Assembly (NCBI GenBank): GCA_050084985.1 | Contig: JBITNC010000001.1 | Coordinates: 116,188,001-116,252,000, forward strand | Length of the DNA stretch: 64,000 nucleotides | Reading direction: 5' to 3' | Origin: Nageia nagi | Lineage: Eukaryota > Plantae > Pinophyta | Part shown: positions 53,032 to 64,000 of the stretch, piece by piece | Numbering within the stretch: the first letter of the stretch is position 1 | Layout of the letters: every line of letters starts with the position of its first letter | Position numbers and translations under genes: made by a program | Notes under the pieces: model-generated | Seen by the model: only the letters and a program-made list of their open reading frames with translations | Database searches by the model: none | Told to the model about the DNA's origin: nothing

Positions 53032-53114
53032 TTTGCTTAGATGGATCGATGCCAGGTTATCATCTAGACCAAGGTTTTGGGTCAGGATCAAATAGTTGGC
53101 TGATTCACCTTGAG
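53032..53114 (+). CDS. PAE: Pectin acetylesterase exon 2
   Basis: Acceptor ttttgtag|, 83 nt, (V)[27 protein letters not shown], donor |gttagt. Not in the ORF track. Confidence 0.95.
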
Positions 53115-55119
53115 GTTAGTCTTTATTTTGAGATGATACTGTTCATTGAATTCTCTATCTAATCCCATGCCTGGATAGTTCTCAAAATTTCCTTGATTAC
53201 ATGAATGCATATCGACATCTAGCTCCTAAGTTACGTCGCCTTATTTATTCCATATGCAGTTTTTTATGAAGTGAATAGTCATATAAGAAGATTTTGTTAA
53301 TGTCACGAAGCTACTCTACACTGCCCTTTGCTATGGCTTTGTCCCTTTCTAGACTCTAGCTAAAATTGAACCTCTAGAGGCACAATGGAAATTAAGGATT
53401 CGTGGTAAATGATATTGGCATCACTGTTCTAACTCAACCTCTATCATATTTGTTGAAGCTTACACCATTATGAGGTACCGGCATATAAGTTTTCCAATGA
53501 TATATGGTAAGACCGTGCTGTAACAAATATCCATTTATCCCAAGAGCCACGCTTGACCTTTGTAGTTTTAGACTTTCATATAAAGAGAAACATGGGATGA
53601 ATATGGAATTTAAAAACAAACAACTGAGTCTGTATTTGACTGTTTAAAATATTCAATATTAGAGAGCATTCGAATATTATAATAATATTTGATCAAATCA
53701 TGAAAAGACTAAGCAAGATCCCTAGAAAATGACTAAAACTCCAAGAATGGAGCGTTTGAAAATAAAACTCGAGTACGAGAATTTGTCATTTGAAATATTT
53801 TTATCTTTTTTTTTTCTTTTGCTGCAAAATGGGATTTGAGATATTGAGTCAAACAAAAGTTATGCTTAGTGAAGGTGAATTTTAGACATAGAACAATTCC
53901 TTCCGTTGTGTATCTTCAATCAATGCAACCTTAGATGCTTTGATCTTCTGAGATTCTGGTATCATGCGTAAGGTTACACCTATATGATAGATCTTTAATG
54001 GTCAAACCTATAGGATAGGCATGCATAGAAGAAAAAGCACTATGTATGGTGATTGACAACACACAGGTTTTGTTATCATACACATTAATCCCTCCCAAAC
54101 ACCTATTTCATGAATTTGGGACCACACTTATTTTTTTCATTTGATATGTCTCTTTTTACCCAGATTACGTATTGGTCTTTATCCTGATCTAGTTTATTCT
54201 TATACAATTATAAGGTAGAAGCCATTTTCTCTCGATCTTTCTATGCATAACCAAATTTTTGCACTAGATGATTTGCCATCTATATAATAAATTTAGTTGT
54301 CTTCTTTTCTTTATGAAATATCAATAATTTCATGGAAAAACTTTTGTTCCCATTTTCAGTATTGATACTGGGTACAACATGAAACCTATGATTTATAGTG
54401 AAAAATCTCTTTCCTTGTTGAGGTCTGATCCTAACTTCATATATTTCTCGAGTTCTCTTTTCATGAAGTTTTATTAATATCCAACTTCTCGATAATGTGA
54501 ACATATTCACACTCACATTGAACTCAAGGTCTTTATGAAGTTGTAGACAGAATAAGTATTTTTCAGTGGAATGGAGCTTAATGGGAGAAAGGTGTTTGGT
54601 TATGGAAGAAGAAACTCCAGAGCCTTGAATGTATTTTAGTATGCTCAAGTAACCCTAGATGTCCTCAAGGACATTGTTTGAGGAAGCTGTAAGTCACAAT
54701 TGTAGCAACAACCGAGTCGAATTCACAAATGTTGAAGGAAAAAATCATGGATGTTGTACTTGGTAAAGTTTGTTTGATCCATCAAAATGCACAATTTGAA
54801 GAAGACTATATAGAATGTATTCATGCTTGTATTTGTGAATTTGTTTTGAAAGGTCAAGAAGAGTAGATGAGCTATATAACTGGGTTATAAATAAGAACTC
54901 TTGAAATATAATCAGGTAAAGAGAGCAGCTGAGCTTTAGCCCCAAGGTACAGGACTTACTAACAACATTTGAGAACAATTTATAGAAGAATCAAGCTGAG
55001 GGTTTTTACTTACAATCTAACTTCATTTTATAGTGAAGAATTGAATCAAACTGTGCACCCTAATAACTTAAATTTGAAGAAACCTTCATCACCTTGCAAA
55101 TGAGTTTGTGCTCTATTAG

Positions 55120-56925
55120 TATAAGTTTGAAGCAGACAAGCTAAAATAGGTGGCGAAGCTCATCCAAGCAATTTATATTTACAAGGAGTTTGAAAGTGTA
55201 AAGACAAATGTGTCGAAAAAAGGTGAAACAAACAACCCTACGTTAGTGCCCTTGGAAATATACAAAACAAACGTTGAAGCCAAGAAACATTTCAAGAACT
55301 GTATCATGTTATTTATTGGGGTGAGTTGATGTAAAACAGACCCTTGGTACTTATAAAAACAATTCTTGAAGCCAAGATGCATTGTAGAATTTGTTTTGTT
55401 ATTTGTTGAGTTATTCTTTGTATATATAAAACATTTACATGTAATTATAAAAACAATGGTTGCATAATTCTGTTTTTTTTCACTAAGTATGGCCCAAACC
55501 CTAATGGTTGCAGAATTCTTGATATGTAGATCAGCTTGCGGTAGTATCAAATAGACCCTAATATACAAACTAACTTTATTTTATAATAAATTGGAGCCAA
55601 GTTTGCAGCCTACTAGCACAAATTTGAAGAAGCATTCATTGCCTAGCAAATAAGTTTATGCTGTAGTAGAATAAGTTTGAAGTAGAGAAGCTACAACGGG
55701 TAGTGAAGCTCATCTAAGCATTTATACTTGCAACGAGTTTGGAATCGTATAGATGGCTAAGTCAAAGGAAGGTGAAACAACAACCTTATGTTGGTGCCTG
55801 TAGATAAAAATAAAAGCTTGTCTATTAAAAATATGCACAATTATTCTAGAGAATATACATGATTAGAGAAATATATTTAGAGCAATATACATGATTAGAG
55901 ATAGAGTGAAGACTTATCTAGAGGATGGAGAATTGGAAGCTTATTGGCGGATAGCTTGCAATCTTGGTGGCAAACCTTAGCTGTAGTATGTGATAGATTT
56001 GGATGATTTTAAAAGTGACAATTTCGAAGATGATTATGAAGATATTTTTGAGAATGATTATGGTTTTGGATGATACTAGATTTGATGCATAAACATTCTT
56101 GACTGATTGAAATCAACTATGCAAATTGTCAAGCATCTAGACCAGAATGCCCATGTTTTGGGACAATAGTGCCAAAACCTTGGATGTTTTGGAATGATGT
56201 GTCAAAATGCTAGGTGCTTTGATGAGGTTGGCCTTTTAGGGTTGTGTAGCTTTTGGGAAGTGCTGTTCATCCCTTTCTAATGATTTGCGATAGCATGTGA
56301 TACTATCTTGTGAGAGATGAATAGTTTCTCAACCAAGACAAAAGGGGCAGATCTCCTAGCTTGATGACTTTGTTGAAACTTAAGATGATGGAAGAGGGTA
56401 GGTGATCGTTGATGATAATTGCCTTATTGTCTCTCTAAATGAGCATTTTGGAGTGTATTATATAGACTTGACAAATCTAGTTTCAGGTTTATCTATGTTG
56501 ATCCATATAGAACAATTTACTTAAGTTAGCTTAGAGCAACCTAAAATGGGCCCAAATTATAGTTTTACTAAATCAAATAAATAATCCAAATAAAGTCATT
56601 TTAGATAGCTAGAATGCAATATTAAGTGTTTATAGTTCCCTTTAAAATATAAAACATAAACATTGAAGCCAAAAAACATTCGTAGAATTGTATTATGTTA
56701 TATATTTAAAACATTTAAAAGTAACTTCAAAAAAAGCACCTTGGAAACTATAAAAAACAATTCTTGAAGTCAAGACACATTTGTAGAATTTGTATTCTAT
56801 TATTTATTGATGTATGCTTTGTATATATATAGCATTTGAGTGTGGCTGTAACAGGAGAAATTAGATAATGGTATAAATCTTGATACAAATATTAGATTGT
56901 CGTATCATTGCATAGACCCTAACAT
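55120..56925 (+). repeat. Intronic tandem duplication (~55120-55565 vs 55671-55798 + 56635-56925)
   Basis: 'ataagtttgaagcag..ggtgaaacaa..gtgccc..ttgaagccaa..tagacccta' occurs twice; second copy split by an LTR. Confidence 0.8.
55799..56634. mobile_element. Solo LTR in PAE intron 2
   Basis: TGTAGA...TTTATA (decayed TCTACA), TSD GTGCC/GTTCC; the first duplicate copy provides the empty site (~55245-55255). Confidence 0.75.
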
Positions 56926-57021
56926 GAAGATTGGAAAGTTTTTGAAGGTCATGAAGGTTTTTGAATTTACATATATGTAGATAGTTATTTCAAATTTTTA
57001 ATTGAATGAAATGAAATATTA

Positions 57022-57809
57022 TTAATGTCCATAATGAGCCAAAGATGGCCCAAGGGACTACGTAAAGGACATCGCAAAGACAACAATTGAGAGGGCATGA
57101 ACTGCTAATCAAAATCTCCAAAAATTATCTTCAATGTATCTAGGACTGGGTATCACATCCAACTGCTCAAATCTAACTGCTGAAGATGCAAAAAGGGATT
57201 CCCAAGCTGGGTGCTCCACTTTGGTGGCTAGATCTGAATATCAAGTGCTCACAAATGTCATCTATGTCCTCTAATTTGCTAGATCTCACTTTCAACTGCT
57301 GAATCTCACACATTAATAACACTAGAGGCTGGCCTTCCTCTAATGTTCCAACTCCTGTAGCTGGTCTTCTACAAGAGGAATAGAAGATTGCTGCTGCAGC
57401 AATATTCTTTAGGAAAATCAAGTACAATGATCAAAAAACCCCTCCACAATAATCAACCCCTTCCTTAATAGCCTTCCCAAAACCCTAACTCCTCCCCCAT
57501 ATGGACATGCCACTTCTAAGCCTATTTTTGGGCTCAATATCCAACCCACCTCCTTGGGGAACATAGATTGACTTTAGTAACTCAAAATGGGTCAAAATCA
57601 GTTACAAGAGTAAAAAGAGGAGTTACAAATGCTAGAAGGCAGTTCCAAATGCTAAAGATATTAAATAGTGCTTTATCCTTATGACCACACACTCCTAAAT
57701 GCAAACCAAACACACCTAGATCTCCAAGAGTGGACGACCCTCCCCAAGATGCATAGTTTCATCATTTAAGCACAACAAAATGAAAGGGACACAAATTTGG
57801 GACATTACA
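57022..57809 (-). mobile_element. Probable solo or partial LTR in PAE intron 2
   Basis: Right end gggacattaca (same terminus as the 12428-13482 LTR), left end ttaatgtcc; TSD not clean. Confidence 0.55.
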
Positions 57810-58147
57810 AATTTTCCTATACGAAACAATATACAAAAGTTTAAGAATGACATTACTTTTATATTGCAAAAAATACTTGGAATAAACAGAATTTTATTGA
57901 TTATGGAAATCTAAGGTAATGAACTGATCATCAAAATAATGTTGATGGCAGTAGAACACTTATTTGGATCATTTTGGATAAGGATTATGAAACCCTTAAT
58001 ATTTGATGAAAATGAGCTGAACTTGTTCATATTGTAAATATCATCATCACCACTAACTGTTCATTGCAATTTTTTATGTTTTTCTATTTTCTTGTGTTGA
58101 ATGATCGTAATTGTCTTTGTTTTTGTTTGTGTGACCATTGAGCTTAG

Positions 58148-58277
58148 GGTGGAGCGTGGTGCAACAATTTAGAATCGTGTGCTATGCGCAAAAATTCTAA
58201 TTTGGGCTCATCTCTATACATGGAAAAACAAGTAATATTTTCTGGCATTTTAAGCAACAAGCCTTCTGAAAATCCAG
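58148..58277 (+). CDS. PAE: Pectin acetylesterase exon 3
   Basis: Acceptor cttag|, 130 nt, [43 protein letters not shown], donor G|gtacgt. The expected next exon (DFxNWN..YCDG) is not in the window. Confidence 0.95.
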
Positions 58278-59679
58278 GTACGTAAACAAAAAATTCAGCT
58301 TTCAGTTTCAAATTAAATTGGATTTTCACTTGTTTTTCTTTCAAAGAAATATTGAATCAATGCTTACCTTTGCTTCCAGTACATAATATTTGGTGCATTT
58401 CATTTTGGAGTCAATGTATGATTGCTATGTAAACAAAAGAGTTTGAGCCATATGTATTAATGTGACCAAAGTCAATATTTTCTATTTTTGTCTTGGGAAA
58501 TCTATTTATAAGCAGAACATACTTTTGGCTCTTTCTAGAGCTAAACAGTTAACTGTCTTTTTCAAGGAGTTGGAAGACATCTATTTGTTCTAGGGGTTAG
58601 AACATGAAGAGTCACTAGAAACTTTTAATATTGAAGGCAATCTAAAGTTTTTAATCATCTTGTGAGTTTCCATCTCTCACATGTTCTCTGCATGCTTGTC
58701 CATTTTTTCCTGTTTTCAGCTAACATGAATCAATTGTAACTGACTATGGCAAAGCATTATAACTATTTTGAGAGATTAAAATTGATTTCTTAAAATGTTA
58801 TTAGTGAAAATATCTTGAATGTAAAGTCTTATTTGAGTTCTGCCCAGATAATGAAATGCCTTATTTTATTTAACACCTTTTCTTTTGCTATTTTCCTTTT
58901 TTTCCCTTCAGAATAAACTGAGAGAGAAATGTACAAGGAAATGGAAATTGTATATAAAAACACAATAAAGGCCTTAACCCATAAGAAAAAAGGTAAAACT
59001 TCAATGTATTTTAGTGTTAAGAGTCATTAATGTTGTGTCAATCTATTTGATTCGTTTGACATCATAGTAGTCTTAAATATTTGTCTACTTTTGCAATTGT
59101 AATTAGTAAATTCTTTTGAGATGCTCAAAATTTTAGCGAGACAGCATAATCTCAACTTTTACTAAATTAACACACTTTTATTGGCTTATGGTTTTGTGAT
59201 TCTCTACTGTTCATCGAACAATCATGTTTTGTCAGCTGTTTTTGGACTAGTTGCTAACTTGTCAATAAATTCCTATTCATCCTGTGAGATATACTTGTGT
59301 TGAAATTTTCATCATCTACAGATTCATTATAAATATAGCAGTATTGCAAAAATCGATGAATCAATAGCACATCAACCTTGGAAATACTTCAAATAGTACA
59401 ATCTGCAATCATGAAAAATAGCAAATGTTTCTTCAAAAGCAACAGCATTAGATGCTCTAATGCTTAATGGGTAGAATTTAAACAGTGAAATGTATTACTT
59501 GAGCAATCATTACATATTTAGGAATAAATGTAGTCCAATCAAATGAATATGCAATTAATGTAATCTCCTTACATGTAGAAGGAAAAGGTAGTGAATGGTG
59601 TTGCCAGAACTAAAGAATAAAAAGCTTTTATTGATACTTAAGCAGTATCTTGATTGATAGGTCAAAGCCATTTGAATTA

Positions 59680-61645
59680 CTAAAACTTGATTATTTTAAT
59701 CAGTTAGCTGAATTGTTAAAAAAATTATCAAAGAAAACCTTATTTTCTTTTATACCTGAGTTGTCACTTTTCAGTGACGTCATTTTATATTGTTGGGCTG
59801 AAGGTTGATATTTGAGATGAATTGCCTATCAAAAATGTTCTTGCTAAAACTCAAAACTGGATATAAATTGGGCAATTCAGTCATCAGCCTGTTTAAGACC
59901 TTCATATAAAAAAAGCTACCTTTTAAGAGTTCACAAAACAAACCACTACCAAACAAACTAGAGCAAAAATAACATACTAGTAATAGACTATAGATTGCAT
60001 TATCTATATGTTCTTGCTGTCTTCTTCGAGTAGTTCCTGGGCCTCCATTTCCTCCAGCATTTTACCTGTTACATTTAAATATTGGGCCACTTCATTGGCC
60101 AAAAGATTTAGGCAAGCAATTGTACTGATAAGGGTCTTAGAGAGCCTAGTAAGCAATTTGTAGTTAATCTTTACCTCTTCCTTGACTAGTGACTCTTTGG
60201 TGTCGTCTTCCTGCTGCTGTGGGGACTTTGACACATCCATTTGGTGGCTGGATCCTCCTGTCTTAATGGCTTCCTTGCTTGATTTATCATCCTCCAAAGC
60301 ATCATCTTACTTGTCCGATAGTTCCTCTGAATCTTGATTAATTTTCTTTCTCACCAAACCCTGTAGTTGGGAAGAGCACCAACTGCACTTAGCAAGACTG
60401 CTTGCAAGCATGGTTTGCAGATTTCTCTTTGCTTTCTTGTCCTAATCAATGGTGGTCTCCTCTTCTGTCACAGATAGTGCTTTTAGCTTTGGCGGCAACT
60501 TCACCTCCTTGCTAGTTTCCCCTAGCTCCTTTGGGCCCGCTCTTAGAAGGAGTTGATCATTTGTGATAGGGAGACCACTCTTTCTTGCAGAACCCCCACC
60601 ACTTCTGAAGCCTTCTTTCTCTACCATGTGATGACCAGGAATTTGAAGAGACCCTGATGTAAAGGTAGTTTGCTTTTGGCATTTTAACATACTTTTCAAG
60701 TGAATTGTAAAGAAAGAGGGAATATTCACCATTTCATTGTTGTGAATTGAGTTCAAGATGGCAACATGGTAGCCAAAAATTCATTTGTACCTTCCCTCTA
60801 GCATAGCTATCTTGTCCCAAGGTTTAGTTAGAGACTCTCGTGAGATACTAGATTGGAGACAACAAAAGGTCTCCTCCTTGAGAAACTTGGCTAACTGCGT
60901 CGCTTGGTGTGTTTTCTCCCTCAACATAATCTCCCCAAAGTTGTGCAAGCCAACAACTTCCGCAATTAGTTGAGGTGAGATGGTGAAGGTTATGCCATTC
61001 ACCTCCACCAATTGGTTTGTCCAAGAATCCGCAACTTGTTTGGATATACCCTCATCAAAACCTACAAATTTCTTGAAAAAAACTAGGAGTCCCGATTTCT
61101 CCATGAGCAAAATCACCTCTAGGTCATCTTTAAATAGCAGAGGCTCCATAGTAACCAAGTCTTCCCCCATTACTCCTTTGCATTCCTTCCAAAAAGTTGC
61201 ATGGATGCATTTTGCTAGAAAAAGGCTTCACATTGCATGTGAACTCACACGAGAGAGCCGACTAAGCTTCACCATCCAATCAATGTTGCGTATACCATTG
61301 GGATGAATGATTGCTAGAAAAGCTCTTGCTTCCCCATCACCAACTCTAAGTGATGATTTTCAAAGCAAGTTGACGTTGCATGATCATTCACATACATTGG
61401 TGAAAGATGTCATAATTCACCTTGGGGCTTAGTTGCTTGGCCTTAGCAATTAAGGCCTTAATGGTACCTTAGTCAGATTCTATTTGCTAGCTAAAACTCA
61501 ATTATTTTAATCAATTAGCTGAATTGTAAAAATAGATATCAAAGGAAACCATATTTGCCTTAATACTTGGGTTGTCAATTCTCTTCCTATTGATGTGCTT
61601 AAGGTCAATATTTGAGATGGATTGCCTATCAAACCTGTTTAAGGT
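59680..61645 (+). repeat. Direct repeat pair (~59680-59897 and ~61491-61643) flanking an intronic insert
   Basis: 'ctaaaactt/cattattttaatca-ttagctgaattg..atatttgagatg-attgcctatcaaa..cctgtttaag' occurs twice. Confidence 0.8.
60004..61170 (-). pseudogene. Transposon-associated ORF (389 codons) with three in-frame stops, antisense in PAE intron 3
   Basis: ORFs 60781-61170, 60442-60756 and 60004-60297 share one frame; internal stops TGA 60781-83, TAG 60442-44, TAA 60307-09. Confidence 0.7.
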
Positions 61646-61729
61646 TCTAGATTAGAACTTAGATGTGAAAATTCACCTTCCAATTAAGATGAAATATTTG
61701 GTTCAAGCTAATTATTACTTAGTAGAGAT

Positions 61730-63460
61730 TAAAAGATGAGGAAAATACACCACATTTTGTCATTAGTCTAACCAAGAGAAACAAGGTATAAATATGGGTA
61801 ACAAGTATTTTCAAAGATTGCCAAATCTAAAGAAATTATTGTAATGAGCCCAACTAATTTCAAAAATTCCCAAAAATTCCAAATAACTGAATTATGCCCA
61901 AATCATGCACTAGATCTCATTCCAAAAATAAAGCAAACCTTTACAATGCTCAATAAATTACTCAAAGTGTATCTAAATTACTCAAAAAATGGGACGAACT
62001 ATTCAAGGGCATGAATTACTCAAAATAGCATCAAATCAACAATGCTTCCATGTCCAAGTATGAGATCTCAACAATATGCAAATAAATGGAGCTACAAAAA
62101 TATGGAATAAGTGGTAATGAACTTAGTAAATCAAGATGAGTGAATTACAAGCCTCAAAGAGTCCAAATATGACTCAAGAAGGAGGACATCCCACCAGGGG
62201 GCTCAATCTACCAATCTCAAGACTCTAGAATGTAGCAACGAACTCTCCAAGGTAAACAAACTCCTGGAAGGATAGATGAAGAGCAAGTATCGCCAAGAAG
62301 CCTCCTCAAGATGGTTGCTCCACTCAATGTCTCCTCAATAGTAACGAAGGTGTCTCCAAGTGTGTCAAATTAGTACGGCCTTCTTGGAAGACGAAGATGG
62401 GTAGCCAAGACCCAAGAGATCTTCTTCAAACTGGATGTCCAAGTGTAGAAGCTTCAATAATAGTAGATTGAATCCCATACGGATCCCAACAATCTCTCAA
62501 TAGTATCTCCAGATGGAGATCTCAGGAGCAGTGATGGAGTGAATCCTTGATGGATTCTAGGACTTCGTAGCAGTGGTGGAGTGAACCCTTAATGGATTCC
62601 AGGACTCCACAACAGTAGTAATGGCAATCGAATAATCCAAGAAGAATGCTAGGCCTCTAGGTAGCAGTCGAATTAGCCAAGAGGAATGCTAGACCTCAAG
62701 ACCTCCCTTGGAGTGATAAGAGGAAAAAGAGAGCTCACCCATGAAAATATCAATTCAAGCATGCCCCAAAATGTAGTGCTTATCCTCCTTTTATAAGTGA
62801 CTTAAGATGAGAGTCAGCTCTATTACATGACCGACCTATACCTTGGAATCATAAAATTACATTAGGGGATCTCATAATGCCACCTAATACATAAAATCAC
62901 ACCTAAGTGTTCCTAGAAGAGGGATGTCCCATCTTGGAGTGCTCAATTACTCATTTTTTGCACCTTATCTGGTTCGGACATCAACATAGGGTCCAAATGA
63001 TATCATAACAAATAAACCAAGGGCATGTGACAATGCGAGAAATACATCTAAGGCATGTGACAAAGCCAAAAGTAGGTGAAAATGCTAAAAGTAACAAAAA
63101 TAACTCTTTAAGTACTAAGAAATTACAATGAAGAGGAGTGTCCCCCTCCAAGTGGCCAAATAAGTGAGATGCCAAGAATTTTGGGAACCTTACAATTATT
63201 TAATTTTCTGAGTCAAGAAGATAACAATATTCTAGGTATTTCAAGTAGTAATGATGAAATTCTTGAATTTGACAATGATTCCGTGCTTAATGATATTCAT
63301 AAACTATATCTATTACAACAATAGTGACAACCCAACAAATAATCAGCAAAAAGCCTTGAAAATTTAAGGATATAATTAAAAATAAAGAAGTCATGGTTTT
63401 AATTGAATTGAGAAGCATAGACAATTTCACTGATTTAGTATATCCAACAAAATTGAATCT
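61730..63460 (+). mobile_element. Highly decayed Gypsy gag/protease remnant, split by a solo LTR
   Basis: ALKI*GYN*NKEVMVLIELRSIDNF (protease-like, ~63352-63430); gag-like remnant just left of 61840. Confidence 0.45.
61840..63194 (-). mobile_element. Solo LTR (1355 bp) in PAE intron 3
   Basis: TGTAA...TTACA terminal inverted repeat, perfect TSD ATTAT (61835-61839 / 63195-63199), TATA on minus ('ttttataag' ~62790). Confidence 0.9.
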
Positions 63461-63487
63461 ATTAATGTATTAGGGATGCTGAAGAGG

Positions 63488-63805
63488 ACTCATCCTTCAT
63501 ACAACATGAGGTGTTGGAGGGCATGGGAATGTCGGGCTCTAATAGAGTTCTACTTCAGCTTTCCAATTTTAGCAACAAGGTATTTTGGACTATATGGTTG
63601 CAACTTTTAATCTAAGGCGAAAAAAGGGTAGATGGACATGATAAGAATATAAGATTTGCTCAAGAGATTTGTAGTAATGGTGAATCATGGAGGAAAAATT
63701 TGGAGGATGGAAGAAAACTCATCCTTCATACAACTTTGGGGGGGTTGGAGGACATGCCTGCGGGATGTCAGGATCAAATGGAGTTTGGCTTCAGTTTTCT
63801 AATTT
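63488..63805 (+). repeat. Short direct repeat (~85 bp x2)
   Basis: 'actcatccttcatacaac..ttggagg-catg..gatgtc-gg..gagtt..cttcag-ttt-c-aattt' at ~63488 and ~63717. Confidence 0.75.
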
Positions 63806-64000
63806 GTCTCGATATGATTTTCTATTCAAAGAACTGCCTTGAGTAACATTTGATTACAGGTCAGAGATTGAAATGTATCACTTCAATTTGTTTTTATCCA
63901 CAATTCACCCTTCAGTTTACCTGCTGTTGAGATATTTTTTGGGTGAAAGATTATGTAACAATCTCCTTTTGGTTACTTACGGATTACTGCAGTTGTAATA

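Noticed and set aside
54280-55060. ORFs 54280-54648 and 54745-54978 / possible LTR fragment in intron 2
   Set aside because: No recognisable protein motifs, and no termini or TSD could be defined.
58144-58344. Minus-strand 66-aa ORF (likewise 51858-52070 and 44457-44660)
   Set aside because: Antisense shadows of PAE exons.
59321-59360. Possible PAE exon 4 after 'ctacag|attc'
   Set aside because: Does not encode DFxNWN..YCDG; exon 4 must lie beyond 64000.

Overview
AT-rich plant nuclear DNA, most likely from a large gymnosperm/conifer genome (inferred from TE content, multi-kb TE-filled introns and pervasive C->T decay at CG/CHG sites). About the first 50 kb is a nest of decayed mobile elements: a tandem segmental duplication carrying a LINE, an LRK10L/WAK-like kinase pseudogene, a non-autonomous LTR element, a Copia element with a nested Reina-type chromovirus and a solo LTR, further Gypsy/Copia fragments and SINE-like copies. 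The one apparently functional gene is a pectin acetylesterase (PAE, PAE4/5-like, N-terminal signal anchor) on the + strand. Exons 1-3 are at 51880-52108, 53032-53114 and 58148-58277, and the gene continues beyond the window. Most notably, its promoter plus exon 1 is present three times in tandem (ATGs at 37501, 44467, 51880), all with open frames and CpG-retaining upstream regions, but there is only one set of downstream exons. Copy A keeps a phase-compatible splice donor and copy B has lost it. This is a candidate variable-first-exon or microprotein arrangement. No rRNA, tRNA gene or CRISPR array was found.
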